This document shows positions 18,929 to 31,685 of a stretch of DNA of 64,000 nucleotides, piece by piece. Numbering within the stretch: the first letter of the stretch is position 1; every line of letters begins with the position of its first letter. Origin of the DNA: Lingula anatina (taxonomy: Eukaryota > Animalia > Brachiopoda); NCBI GenBank assembly GCA_051362555.1, contig CM120648.1, positions 5,762,587-5,826,586 on the forward strand. Reading direction: 5' to 3'. Both the position numbers and the translations under genes were made by a program. Under the pieces are notes generated by a model. The model had not been told where the DNA came from. It did no database searches and worked only from the letters and a program-made list of their open reading frames with translations.

Positions 18929-19444
18929 TGTACACTGATTTGATTTTATGGGTGACATCCTTTGGAGATCCCGAAACTTACGCGAGAGGATGAAAAAAAT
19001 CTGCTTAATTAAATAAATGCAGAGATAGAAATACAAACTGAACCACAGAACACAGTATATTACACAAACAACATGGTTTTATTCGCACTGAGAATATTAA
19101 TGAGTCACAATTCATCTCTGTGTTATACAAACAAAGAAAAATACAAGAGACCCCTTCACGGCCACCATGCCTTAACTCCCTTCCCATTGCTCTCGTCGTT
19201 GCAAAAGAATCGTGTGTGGGCCGCTCTAGACAGGAGGTCTTTGAAGTTGTATGGACGATGGTCGCTCGCCGCCGCCAGTTTCTCGTACAGTTTAGCAAAT
19301 GTGGCATCTCCCTCGCCAGTGTCGATTGCATACCAATCTACAACCACGACCCGGGTACTTTTATATTTATGTATTTTGACGAAGACGGGGACACCTACGT
19401 TTGCCGCGCACGGATGTAATCCATGAAATTAAATCAGTGTGGCC
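18929..19444. mobile_element. degenerate PIF/Harbinger-type MITE ('ggccacac' family) between the convergent paralogs C and D
   Basis: acactgatttgattttatgggtgacatcc / ggatgtaatccatgaaattaaatcagtgtggcc. The subterminal sequence matches the copy at 23486. Confidence 0.7.
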
Positions 19445-19480
19445 TTGGGCTAACTAATGTAAAGGACTAAGGCGGCTAAC

Positions 19481-22400
19481 TTATGTTTGTTCGTCCTCTG
19501 CTTTCATGTTGCTCTCGGGGGATTGCGGATCTTTCTTTGACGCCCTTAACTGTGAAAATATCGCTGCCAGAAACATCAGCACGGTGTTAGCCAGCAGACA
19601 GCTACCTGTCACAGAGCAGAGGATTACGTCATCAGATTAAAAAAATACAATGCAATTTTCAGAAAACTGACATGATATATTTACTGCCTTAGAGTTGAGT
19701 TAGGCGTATATGTATTTGTAAAATTTTATAGCTTCAGTGGATGGGCTAAAAAAAGTAATTTCGATTTTACTAAGTAGGTCCTAATTGGCATTTTTAATGC
19801 ATTTGTAAGAAAATGGTTCCAAGTGTTAATTTCAAAAGATTCCACAGTGTTCGGCATTTTCACTATTTTATGAGAATAAACCTTATGTTTTTTTTTTTTT
19901 TTTTTTTTTTTTTTTGCATATTTTATATATTTGGCGTTTTTTAATTTGTAAAACCCTGATAAACTTACCCGCCAATTGCACTGCTGGGGCGTACGAGGCT
20001 GTCCTGCCGTATACAATGCCTGCAAATGACAAGCGTAATCCAGTATTACAGTAATACACATCTTTCTTGCATGAAAGAAGACATACCTTTATCCACCGCG
20101 TCTTTTATATTAGTCATCTGAAGGCATATTTACAACCAATTAATTGGTCATCTAAAGCTTTAGAATGTAAAATACGTCATTGTTGGAGAAGATGAACGAA
20201 GGTGGAGTGTTGCTTACTGCAGACAAAGGTCTTGGGATTTTCCCTCAAATGTCCATGTTACAAGGTTATATTCAAGCAAGCCAGGCTGGAATAGGGGTAT
20301 GTTCGCGGCAAGCATGTTATAGACTGTCTGTTTGTCGCACAAACCTGCCCTCCATCCCCCTCCATATTTCAAATGGCCATTATTACTTATTGTTATATAC
20401 AGGCCTACCTGCTATTACTGGTCCGACGAACAATCCTATACCAGAAGCAAATGCCAAGAGGCCCATGGCAAACCCAAGTTGGCTGGTTTCCGCATACAGA
20501 GCCGCAAGGGAATTAGTGCAAATCACAAAAGGTGCGGTGTACATCCCAAATAAGACCGCAAAGGCCAACTGTCCGGAGAAACCCTTCATGAAGACTGGCG
20601 AAAACACAGTCAGTAGCCCTGTGATTGTATTGCATATGGTAAAGACAGTCCAGATATCCACAGAGTCGTGGCTCATGGCGCCACCTACTAAAAGTTTCAA
20701 GCACATACTCGTTATCCCTATGACGGATAACAACATGGCCGCCATATGTTCCGAGGTACCGTTATAAACTGAATACGCGGGGAAATGAAGATACACCATC
20801 CCAAAGGCAACGCACATGAAAAGTACTGTTGCCAGGAACAAGTCAAAGGGAATGTTTTTAAAAAGTCCGAAGTCCAGTATTGACGCCCTTTTGCGTTCTT
20901 TGTGAAGATATTCGTTCCGGTGAGGTCTTAGCAGAGCACCTGCTACCACCAGATGCAAGCTGATTGCCCCTAGTAACAGACACGCCCCTCTCCACGTGTA
21001 GATATCAATAAACACGTGTGTGAGAGGCCCAAAGACGATCTGCCCGATGCTACCGCCAGTATGGAGAGCCGAGAGTGCAAATGGCCGTCGTCGGTTGAAG
21101 TAATGGGACACGCTGATGTGAACGGACGTATAGGCAAAGGTCATCCCTGTGCCTGAAACAGAAAAAGAGAATGAGTTATTGGACGAAGATAAGAAGAGTA
21201 ACCCGATAACTGTTTACTGCAAATAATTGTGACAAACTGAAACTGAAAGTAAAGTCAAACATACATATTTCATGACTGAGTGTAGTACAGAGAAAAAAGC
21301 CATTGCAATTGTTTCGATGTCTACGTTCTTGCACGTGATTTAAACTGAGTGCAGTAAGACAAAACAGAAATATAAATTACATTTAACTGGTATCCTTTTC
21401 GCGATTTTCGCGCACATATCTAATTTTCCCAGAGGAGAAAAAAAGCAATTTCCTACTTTTCACGAGTCATTGGGGGGACCGTCCCTGTTCTTTGATTCGA
21501 TAGTATATACCAATTTTTAAATTTATACTTGGGTTCTAAATATCTGGTCAAACATTTGGACCGCCATATCATATGGTACTTTTATTTGAGGAGTTCCATA
21601 GCTTATAAGGACTGAATTTGAAAGCATGTAGTTTTGCAGTATATTTATGTAGCATATGCCCTGTATGATTTGTGATGTTTTTAAGCACAGGAATAATACC
21701 TTTATCTAACATACGTTGCCCAGAACTACCCCCACGTAACTTACCCGCGATTATTCCGAATGTTATGACGAGATAGGTACAACTGGTGCCAAACGTGCTG
21801 CAGGTCATCCCCACAGCGAACAGAAACCCGCCTAGAATACATGTCTTGCGGCAGTCAAACTTGTCACAGAGAATGCTGGCAAATACACCTGTATGGAACA
21901 GATTAAGAATACAGACAATTGCACTATATGCAATACATAGATAATGCTGGTAAGTACGCTTTATATGGGATAGATATAGACAGTATTGACATATGCATTA
22001 TATAAGATACATGGAGAATGCTGGCAAAATTGCGCCTGTTAGAATACAGAGCACGCAGCATTATCCGCAATAATACGCAGCACAAAGAACTCGCCATGCA
22101 CATTTACGGTTCACAGGTGCGTAATTTGATGAAACGAGTGAGCGAGCCATATGACCATGAGTTAATAGTGCTGAGAGCGTTTGTGTCTGCCATGCCTCAT
22201 AAAGCCCATTAAAACATGAATCATTTAAAAGATCAATTTTCAGAAAATGAATCACCTGTTAGCATGGAGAGCCCCATGAATACCGAGCCCACCATAGAAG
22301 TGATGGCCTCGCCCTCTTTGAACGTCTCTAGCATTGGTAGATACATCACCCCTGGGAAAACCAAGAAAAGAAAAGCATGATTTATACAATGTGTACGTTT

Positions 22401-22795
22401 TTATTTTGTCAACATCCCTAATACGCGGTATTGTTTAAGTTAAAGTTAAGTTTTGGCGTCCTGTATGTCAAACGTCCCTGTATGTGTGAGGGGGGATAGG
22501 GGACTGTCAACATCAAAAAGCATTCTAAATTCTTACCGACGCTGTAGGACATGCCATTTGTCAGGAATATAGACAATGACCCTGCTGCCATGACAACCCA
22601 CGCCCACCCCTTGTCTACGTCATCACAATGGCTAGAATCACGTGCCGTTTTCCTCATTTGCTCTGTGTTGCTCTGTACCGCGTGCGGTAATGACGTCAGA
22701 GATGAAGCCAGCACCATCTCTGGAAGACTTATACTGGGATGGGGCTCAACCTTAGCTTCAGCTTCATCTTCATCTTCACACTTGTCTGAAACCAT
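19481..22795 (-). CDS. SLC16/MCT-family transporter paralog D, about 472 aa; exons 22795-22537, 22351-22256, 21888-21745, 21152-20409, 20019-19969, 19605-19481
   Basis: GT-AG phase-1 introns; 1419-nt open frame. Motifs DKGWAWVV, YFNRRRPFALS, TWRGACL, LLRP, GPVIAG. Last exon GSCLLANTVLMFLAA...EDEQT*. Confidence 0.93.
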
Positions 22796-23129
22796 CTTGT
22801 TGTTCAAAGAAGTCGTCTCTCAGTTCTCGTGCTGCAATATTGAAAAGGTGTTAAAAATGTGTCATATGTTAATTTCTAACTTCGACTTTCTATTTCACAA
22901 ATAATCTTCAGTCAGTTTTTTTTTGTCTATAATTGTAAGCATGCAGTGATTTTTTTTCATGGAATCTTATTGCAGCGAAACGCGCCTGTACGATTTAATT
23001 CAACTGTTGTTGAGTGAGGTAACTGACTTTAGACAACTAACGTTTTTAGACGTTTTGTGACACTATGTCCAGAATGACATCATAGTGAAAGGGTCGATTA
23101 TTATAGGGCGCCTTACAGCAGTCAGGTGT

Positions 23130-23137
23130 ACACACAA

Positions 23138-23178
<41 letters not shown>
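23130..23178. repeat. (CA)n(GA)n microsatellite
   Basis: Read directly from the sequence. Confidence 0.9.
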
Positions 23179-23485
23179 ATTGTTTTCGTACTTCTTGACA
23201 TGACAGTGATATCAAACTGTCTACCAAAAATCTACATTTGCTTTGGTTGCTTTCATTTTTTTAAACTTATATAAACATATAACAAAAATATTATTTTAGT
23301 TCCTTACCTAAAAGACAGACGTTCCCTATAAAACACTTTGATTTGAGTCAGCAACATTGGTTTTAACTCTTAAAAGAGTAACTGTCAACTAGAAAAGGAA
23401 AAGTACGTTTGACGTTACTATAATTGGATAACAATATGCTTTTCGTCATGCATAAATTTCCAGAATACTCACATGTTACTAATTA

Positions 23486-24448
23486 GGCCACACTTTTTTA
23501 TTTTTATGGATGACATCCTCTGAGTACCCCAAAATCGGTGCGAGAGGGCGAAAAAAAAAAAAAACAGTCCAAAAAAAAAAAAAAACTGCTTAAGTAAAGG
23601 AATGCTGTCAGTACACAGCTGGAAACACAAATTTAACCACAGAAACACATATCAAACTAACAATATGTCTTTATCCATGCTCTCAAAATATTAAAGCATT
23701 GTGAATACTTCGTAGAAATGTAAAAAAAGTCATGAATTGATATACTTCATATTACCAAATCTATTTAAGGTTATTTCATGCATTCATTTGGTATAGCAAT
23801 CAATAAAAAAAATATCAATCAAACAGTGTGTCTTTATTTGTATTCTCAGAATATAAAAACATTTTGAACACTTCACAGAAATGTTTAAAAAATGATGCAA
23901 AGATATGCTTAATACTACCAAATCTATTAAAGGTCATTTCAGACGATGCCATTTTGTCAACTTCAACTCACACGAAGCAGCTAAACTGTCAGGTGGCCTG
24001 TCCGACCTTCAGCCCACCAAATACCTCGACGCCCTTGTCGACCCTTCTTTCGCTACAGAAAACCTGGTATTAATGTGCTGCTTTATACAGAATGTCACAG
24101 AAATGTTTCGGCCGCCGCCAGCCTTTCGCACAATTGTAAAAAGGTGATATCTCCATGCCCAATATCAATGGCATACCAATCCAAAACGATGGCGCCCGTT
24201 CTCTTTATGACTTTTATTGTTGTGTAATTTGAAAGTAATCCTAGAGATGAATTTGACAGCAAAGTGGCCGCATTTCCACGTGGCGAAAATACGCATGCGC
24301 AGAAAGCTCATTTCCTTGCAAATTCAATAACAACGTTTGCGACAACCGACTTCGTTGGGTGCTGGGGGGGGGGGGGGGGGGTTTTGGAGAACGGGCGAAA
24401 ATCCGTGCGCGCGCAGGATGTCATCCATAAAATTAAAAAAGTGTGGCC
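23486..24448. mobile_element. PIF/Harbinger-type non-autonomous element, 963 bp, upstream of the paralog D coding start
   Basis: About 34-bp TIR GGCCACACTTTTTTATTTTTATGGATGACATCCT; TTA TSD on both sides. Confidence 0.88.
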
Positions 24449-26953
24449 TTAGGGGAAGCCAGATAGGCCTACATAAAAAAGTACTCAACACTCATTAAGA
24501 CAAATAAAAGCTTCGGCCTTCAAGGTACCAGTGTAGACCTACCGTCTGCGTTTGAAGATGTTTCAAAGACATATTTTTATGTCTGCATATCCTAAAAAAA
24601 GTTCATTATCCTTCAAAATTCAGAAAGTATAAATTATAATAGTACCCATTTTATAGATTTATCTGCTGCCAATTTTTCAATTAGATTTGTCGGTAAAATC
24701 CTGGATAGGATACTTAAAAACTGGTAAGATAATATAAACTCGCCTTTTGCCCCATGTCGCCATGCTAATACATGCAGTGGCAGTACTGCTTTATTTCAAA
24801 ACACTTTTCAGAATGATCCAAAGCAACAGACGGAAATTACATGTATTAGGGTCTACGTGTATAAAAATAACATCTGTGAAACTTTTAGCAAGATTGATCT
24901 GAATATGAATCAATGAAAATTATAGGCAACAACAGCTGTACCGTGGTGCCCTCTATACTACACACACTTTTAACCACAGGGTGCGCTAGTAGCTGTTATA
25001 CTTCAATTTTGTATGCCATTTCGGAAGCCCACCCAATATACTGTATGAACCACTGGAAATTGAAGTGTATTATATGGATCAGGCCACATCCTCAGGTTAT
25101 AACGTTACGGCTGCAGACAGATCAATTTTGCGAGTGTCCTCAAAATTATAAGGTCGTTATAGTTCCTTGAATACAGTCTGCAATACGACCCTACCAGATC
25201 TGGTGTCGTGCATGCCTGTAAGGCTAGCTGTATGTCGGTTGCCTTTTCATAGGCAGCGACCCATGGCACTGTGCGAGGTGTCACTTGTCACTGGATAGAA
25301 ACTGTATAGGTAGCCAAGTGGCGAGTAATAGACAGATCACAGCAACAGAAGCGAGACCACTGTTGTTACTGGCACTGAGAATTAACTAATACCAAGATGT
25401 AAATATATCGGAGAAATAGGTGTAAATATATCAGTAGATAAATACATTAAACATATAAGACGGCAGATACGGAAGTTACGAAAAAACGGAGCCACCCAAC
25501 AGACGAGAAGAGGAAGGGCTGGGGACGTCCAGTCAACAAAATAAGCAATTAGTGAAGAATACGTTGTGTGTTTCACACCACGTGTAGGACAAAGCTACAA
25601 TGAACGCCTACCTAACGTACACCTCACATCCACTTTTCCAGTTCACCTACCTACCCCTGTTGCTGCATATAAACGTATCTACAGTGGACCGGTTTGGGAA
25701 AATGAGAGCATCAATAAAGCATTGTACAATTTATGTCATGAAATGGGTATTCAACCCGCATACAGCTTCCTAAAATACATCAGCCTGCGCGCATTACGTA
25801 GTTATGTGAGAGAATGTATGGGAAATGTACGTGACCAGTGTACGCTAAAACAACGTCCTTTCATTCAAGACGTACATTGAGCGTGAGATTTTTATACAGC
25901 TAAAATTATTGTTGTAATTAGTATTATTTTTTTCTTGGAAATCCAATCCTCTTGACAGAATCACGATCCATTAACCTGTTTTTGAGTCATGAATTCTCGT
26001 AATAAGGACAGAGACCGGAGATATTAATTTGTGGTGATAAATAAAGAAGAATTTTTAAAGAATTTTTTAATCAAAGATTTTTCTCAGCACCTCTGGATAG
26101 AATAATCCTCGGTGAAACCTGCTGACTTTTTCGGTAACTTTTCTATATTGTCATGTAGAGGAATACTGAAAACAAGTATCTAGTAATGATAATTTATTGA
26201 GAATAAGAGAGATATTTCGCAATTTTCCTCTGTTCAATGCACACATATTCACACATTTGAACGCAGATCTTTGCACGTATATGTGCATCTAACAATCAGC
26301 TATATCATTGCATTCGGTGCAAATAAAAAAAAACGAACCATACGATAAATGAATAGAAAATTAAATTTAAATAATAATAAAAATATGTCTCCATATACCT
26401 ATGTGTTCCATTATGATGATTAATGGTTATTACCAAATCATACCCAAATTACATGTATCGTGAACAAAATGAACAAATTCAATAAAAAAATGAATAATCA
26501 TTGCGTTGTTGGATCGTTAACGCGATCCTCACAATTCAAATATCTAAATAGAGGAACTGCTGTCGGCATGTAAATAAATTTCACAAAATAGGGCGAGGTA
26601 AAAGACATGTATTTTGGCTCGAGTACGTCCCTGTTTCTGCAGCTCCAAATCTATCATCGACAACGTAAAAACCACATTTTGTCAGCATTCTCGGAGCCTG
26701 GCGTACACGAACGACGACACTGTTCAACCGTGGAACGGATACCAATGCTTTCCTGAAGGCTTGGAACAAAGTTATATGTACCTTGGGCATGGTCCACTAG
26801 ACGGCATTTTAATATTTATATTTTAGTTGGCTATTTATATATCTAAATGCTGAAATAAGATTTTTCTTACATAATTTGCCATAAGCCCCGGCTTGACTCT
26901 CGTAAACTCCTATAACGGAGTCACTTGACACATCTCATATTCAATTACCAGAA

Positions 26954-27184
26954 ACCTCCGCCTAGGAGATCACATTTTTGCCTTCGTTTTTTTTTTTTAG
27001 CCTAAATAAAACAAATGATGGATGGATTTGATTTGAAATTTCAGAATAGGTCAATAATGGACTAACTCAGAATCGATTCAGATTTGGTGGTGATCCACTA
27101 ATCAGTTATTTAATTAGCTTATGAATAAAAAAAAGAAATGAGCTGCCTTGGTGGAGGTCTGTACTCTCTGGGTGATTTTTCAAA
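26954..27184 (-). mobile_element. degenerate HINE-like element immediately 3' of the paralog E stop codon
   Basis: Reverse-complement matches to the 13545 element: tgccttggtggaggtctgtactctctgggtgattttt, ttggtggtgatcc and acctccgcctaggag. Confidence 0.65.
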
Positions 27185-27199
27185 TTTACGGCGCCTCCT

Positions 27200-30100
27200 C
27201 TAAATGTCCTCTTTATCACTGTGTAAGATCGATGCATCTTTAGATATCCTTTGTTCTTTGTATGTTCTAGGATCTACAGAGATTTTACAGCCGCTGTCTT
27301 TGTCTGTGGGATGGCTATTGCCGTCACATTTGCCAGTACTTAGATCGTTTATATCATACTTTATATCACAAACTTCTATGTCAACCGGAACTGCGTCATC
27401 GCCCGGTGCACTGTGGGTAATGTTTGTGGTCCTATGTAAGATGGTCACCAGGAACATTATCCCAGTGTTGACCAGAAGACAGCAACCTAGAACAAAATGA
27501 ACACGTAGAACAAATAATGCATTGAAAATGGCTTATCTATTGAAAACATTATGGAAATGATGTACAGACAGTCATCTATTTTCCTATATACTCGATATTC
27601 TAGTGCTGGGTACATGCAGAGTACCCCGCACGATCAAAGAAATTAACCGTTCCAACAGGCTGCCAAAATGGTAATCAGCTGTTTTTGCATATTCACATCT
27701 ACATTCTGAGTCAAAGGGACCCCCCCCCCCCCCCCCCGCGCCTTCATTTGTTTAGGTTCCGAGCATACAACATGTACCCAAAGGAGAAAGAAAGAAAGAG
27801 GGGGCAGCAATTCACCCCCTCCCACCCCCCGGACCACCTAGAGTGTCCAGAGAACAAAGAACACCGCCCCTCACCTGCCAACTGCACTGCCACCTTGTAG
27901 GAGTTGAGTAAACTGTACATAAATCCTGCAAAAATAACAATAATCTATTATCAAAAAATCAACTAATCAAAATCACATTTCCATTGCTGGGGTACATCGC
28001 TGGTTACAAAATGTTAAAATTAAGATTCAAACTTGCACACAAATATACGGAATTCCCAGACCATTTACAGGTACAGGTAGTAGGAGCGCATATCAGTGTT
28101 CCCACCTCACCTACCTGCCACTACTGGCCCTGTGAACAAGCCAATGCCATAGGCAAAGGACAGAATTCCCATCGCAAATCCGAGCTGAGACACGTCCACG
28201 TACTGCACCGTGAGCGCCGTAGCTCCAATGAAGAAGGGAGTGGAGTAGGTTCCAAAAAGCACAGCATACGCCATTTGTCCGGAATAGGATCCCATGAACA
28301 GAGGACAAAACAATGTCGTGATGCCAACAATGGTTTGGCACATTGTGAACAACGTCCAGATGTCAACATCCGGGTGACTCAGAGCGCCACCTAGCAGCAG
28401 TTTCAAACTCATGCTGGTGAAGCCAATGGCGGAGAGAAGGGTGGCGGCAGTGTGTTCCGAGGTTCCGGAGTAGACTGCATATGCAGGGTAATGAACGAAG
28501 ATCATCCCCAGCGTGATGCACATGAAGATCACATTAAGAATGAAGAAATCAAAAGCTATGTTCTTGAAAATTTTAATGTCAAATAGAGCATCAGATTTGT
28601 GTTTTTTGTGCTGGAATTCCTGTGCATGGGGCCGCAGTAGAGCTCCTACGACCACTAAATGTAAACTAATGGCAGACATTAGGAGGCACGCCCCTCTCCA
28701 CGTGTAAAGGTCAATAAACAAATGGAAAACTGGACCCCAGATCACCTGACCGAGACTGCCCCCTGTTTGCATGACGGCAATTGCAAATGGCCGCCGTCTG
28801 TTAAAGTAGTGGGACACACTGATGTGGACGGAAGTGTAGCAGAATGTCAGACCGGACCCTGAAAGAAAAAAAAAAAAAAAACGATGCAAAAATTATGGTT
28901 ATTTCCGTCAACACTACAGGAAAAAACATGAAGTTGTCAATTATTTTGAATGTAATTGAAAGGTTTTCTGAAAGAAATTCGGGCCATTTTTTCGCTTTAA
29001 AGCATAAAGGTAATGGCTTTTGCTTGAGGCTGACTGCTTTTTTTTAGCAATATATCAAATTGCTTATAAATACATGAAAAAGTTCGTACCTTGAGCTCTT
29101 CTGCATTAGTTCCATACTGATGTAATGGATTTTAATCTAATAATCTTGTATTAAAAAGCAGCAGTTTTGAACATATAACGAAATAAAAACAAAAGAAATG
29201 ACATTAGTGCAAGAAAACATATTGGACTCCGTCATGATACAGCTATAGTGGTGCAATTTCCGCACATTTCGCCCAGATATGGATAAATCGCATCCAAAAT
29301 GAAAATCCTTTCTCTTATCCAGTATGCCACTAACCTGCAATTATTCCAAATGTTAGAATGAGGTAGGTGCAGTTGGTGGCAAAGAAGCTGGCCCCCAGTC
29401 CAATGGCTGCCACAAAGCCTCCTATTATACACCCTCTCCGACAATCTAGCTTATCACAGAGTATACTGGCAAACACACCTGAAGCGGTTCAAGGGGTAGG
29501 TTAACCATCTGTGTTGTCCCTTTCACCAGTCGTGATTCTCATTAAGTATACAGGTTTATTATAAGTATATTGGGAAAATTAAGAGATTGTTGCAATAGGT
29601 TTGTGTTTGTTGTCCGTTTTGTGGTGATGTTACATAATGAATGCATGTGCTCAGACTGGCGCAATTCACTGCTTGCCTTTGGCCATTTTCCCACAGAACG
29701 GTACACGTTTTTGTGGCGCACCAGTTTGACTAGGGGCTCCATTTAGGTGACTCTTTTGTTCTATGTTAATGAACACCGTGAATATGCAAAAAGAATAGCA
29801 CCCAAGCAAAATAACCATGGTATCAAGCCTTCAGAATCGATCACTATTCCCATGAAAACGCAAAGGCGGTATCTATGGCAGGAATGGTAGTCCTAGGAAT
29901 GGAAGTCGGGGGTCCCATACGATTAGTATTAGGATGAGATGTTTTTGCGAAAAACTTTTTAATAAAATGTTTTTAACATATGTGTTTGATAGGCATGTAT
30001 TTCAGTTGTACTTAATATTATCAAAACATTGTTTAACCTTTTGGTAATGTTTTAAAATTGTTTTGTGTTTGCTGGATTCCTTTCGGGACTCATAACATTA

Positions 30101-31313
30101 AAGGGAAAACAACTCTACGTATAAGATCGATATTTCACTATAAATACATTGTAAACAAATCATAGAAATATAATAAATTCTATTTTACCACCAAAACGGT
30201 GGTTATCGCAATTATTCTGGTATCTGTGCTTGACATCGGACCACGTGACCCCAATAGGTGGCTACCCTCTGCTATAATCTCTTAAGTGATTATAACAAAA
30301 AGAAAGAACTTTTTAGAAAAAAAAAACAGGGACTAACTTTGAAAGTCGGAACGGGTTCATTTACCATTGGTAAGTATAGGATAAATTTTCGTTAACCCAA
30401 GGTAAATCCAATTTGGGCTAAATGGACAGTTGTTATCCCTTTAAGTGGGCCTGCCAGGGTACTGGGGCTGACCTCACACGAACGACAAAAGATAAACACT
30501 TGTGTAGACGCATGTCGGCACACCGAAACGAAGATTCACTGATTAGAGATGTTAAACATTAACAAAGCCAATGTCAGAGGACATCGAGTACACGTGTAGC
30601 GCAATGCCGATAGTCGTGTTCAGGGTCTGTGGTCAATAGTTGTAGATAGCCTTAATACAATGTACATGTTTAAATCGTTGAGTGGCAATGAGACAATTAA
30701 TGAGAGCTCGTCAAGCCTTACCTGCTATCATAGCCAGTCCCATGAATATCGAACCCACCATGGATGTTATGGTCTCTCCTTCGTTGAATGCCTCCAGCAT
30801 TGGCAGATAAAACACTCCTTGTGAATGAAAGAAACGGGGGGAAAATTATTCCATTGTCAGTATACCACTTACAGGGAAACGGGGTTTCAGGGCTGTATTG
30901 CAAATATTGGGAAATACATAATGTAATTATCAAATATTAAACTAATGCCAAAGGCTTTATTGTTTGAAATTGTCACTTTCACCAATTGATAGTAGTAGAA
31001 ACCGCGTGTGTGGCATTATGAAAAATGGAAAATTCAGTGTACAGAGTAATGCGTTTGTTCATCATCACCTACCAACGCTGTACGTAAACCCGTTGATTAT
31101 AAACAGAGACGCTGATCCCGCTACCATGGTTACCCACGCCCATCCTTTGTCCACGTGATCACATAATTGCTGAGACTTCAACGATGTGTCACTTTCCAGT
31201 TTATCGTCTGCTGGCAACAGCGAAAGTGGAAGAGACTGAATAGACTGCCCTAGGACCAAGTTTGGGAGACTCTGAGCCGGGTTCGCTCCATTTCCAACGG
31301 TTTGAATCCTCAT
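27200..31313 (-). CDS. SLC16/MCT-family transporter paralog E, about 520 aa; exons 31313-31073, 30817-30722, 29478-29335, 28858-28115, 27925-27875, 27486-27200
   Basis: GT-AG phase-1 introns; 1563-nt open frame. Motifs DKGWAWVT, YFNRRRPFAIA, TWRGACL, LLRP, GPVVAG. Confidence 0.93.
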
Positions 31314-31632
31314 ATTTATAAAGCTCAGAGAACTCTGAGAAAAAGAGAAAAAGTTCAGACAAGTTTTATCATATTTTTTTCACAAAAGAAAATTTCGAAT
31401 AACACTATTACATGTACCAAGCAAGCAAACAGTTATATCGTCATGCTGCGCATTTTGTGATTGGTAAGCTTGGAAGTATACTGTACTGTTTGACATTCAA
31501 GATATGTTACATTGGACTTTCGAGCTTAAATCTTATTATCCTCCAAAAAGTGCATTTTTGATTTTCTCATTCTCGTAAAGCATTGCTCGACCCGTCGCTG
31601 CACTTGTATTCGGTGTTTTATATTGAATAGGT

Positions 31633-31685
31633 TCCCCACGGGGATAACGCTTTCAAGTGGGTCGGCCATATTTGATCCCCGGATC
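31633..31685 (-). mobile_element. fragment related to the inner MITE at 51226-51400
   Basis: ttcaagtgggtcggccatatttga is the reverse complement of tcaaatatggccgacccacttgaa at about 51264. Confidence 0.6.

Noticed and set aside
19005-19426. Four overlapping ORFs of 63-117 aa
   Set aside because: They lie inside a degenerate MITE and show no transposase or other recognisable motif.
20180-20767. 195-aa plus-strand ORF, and similar ORFs at 2833, 22551, 27204, 27984 and 39481
   Set aside because: These are antisense shadows of real MCT or RhoGEF exons with no independent features.
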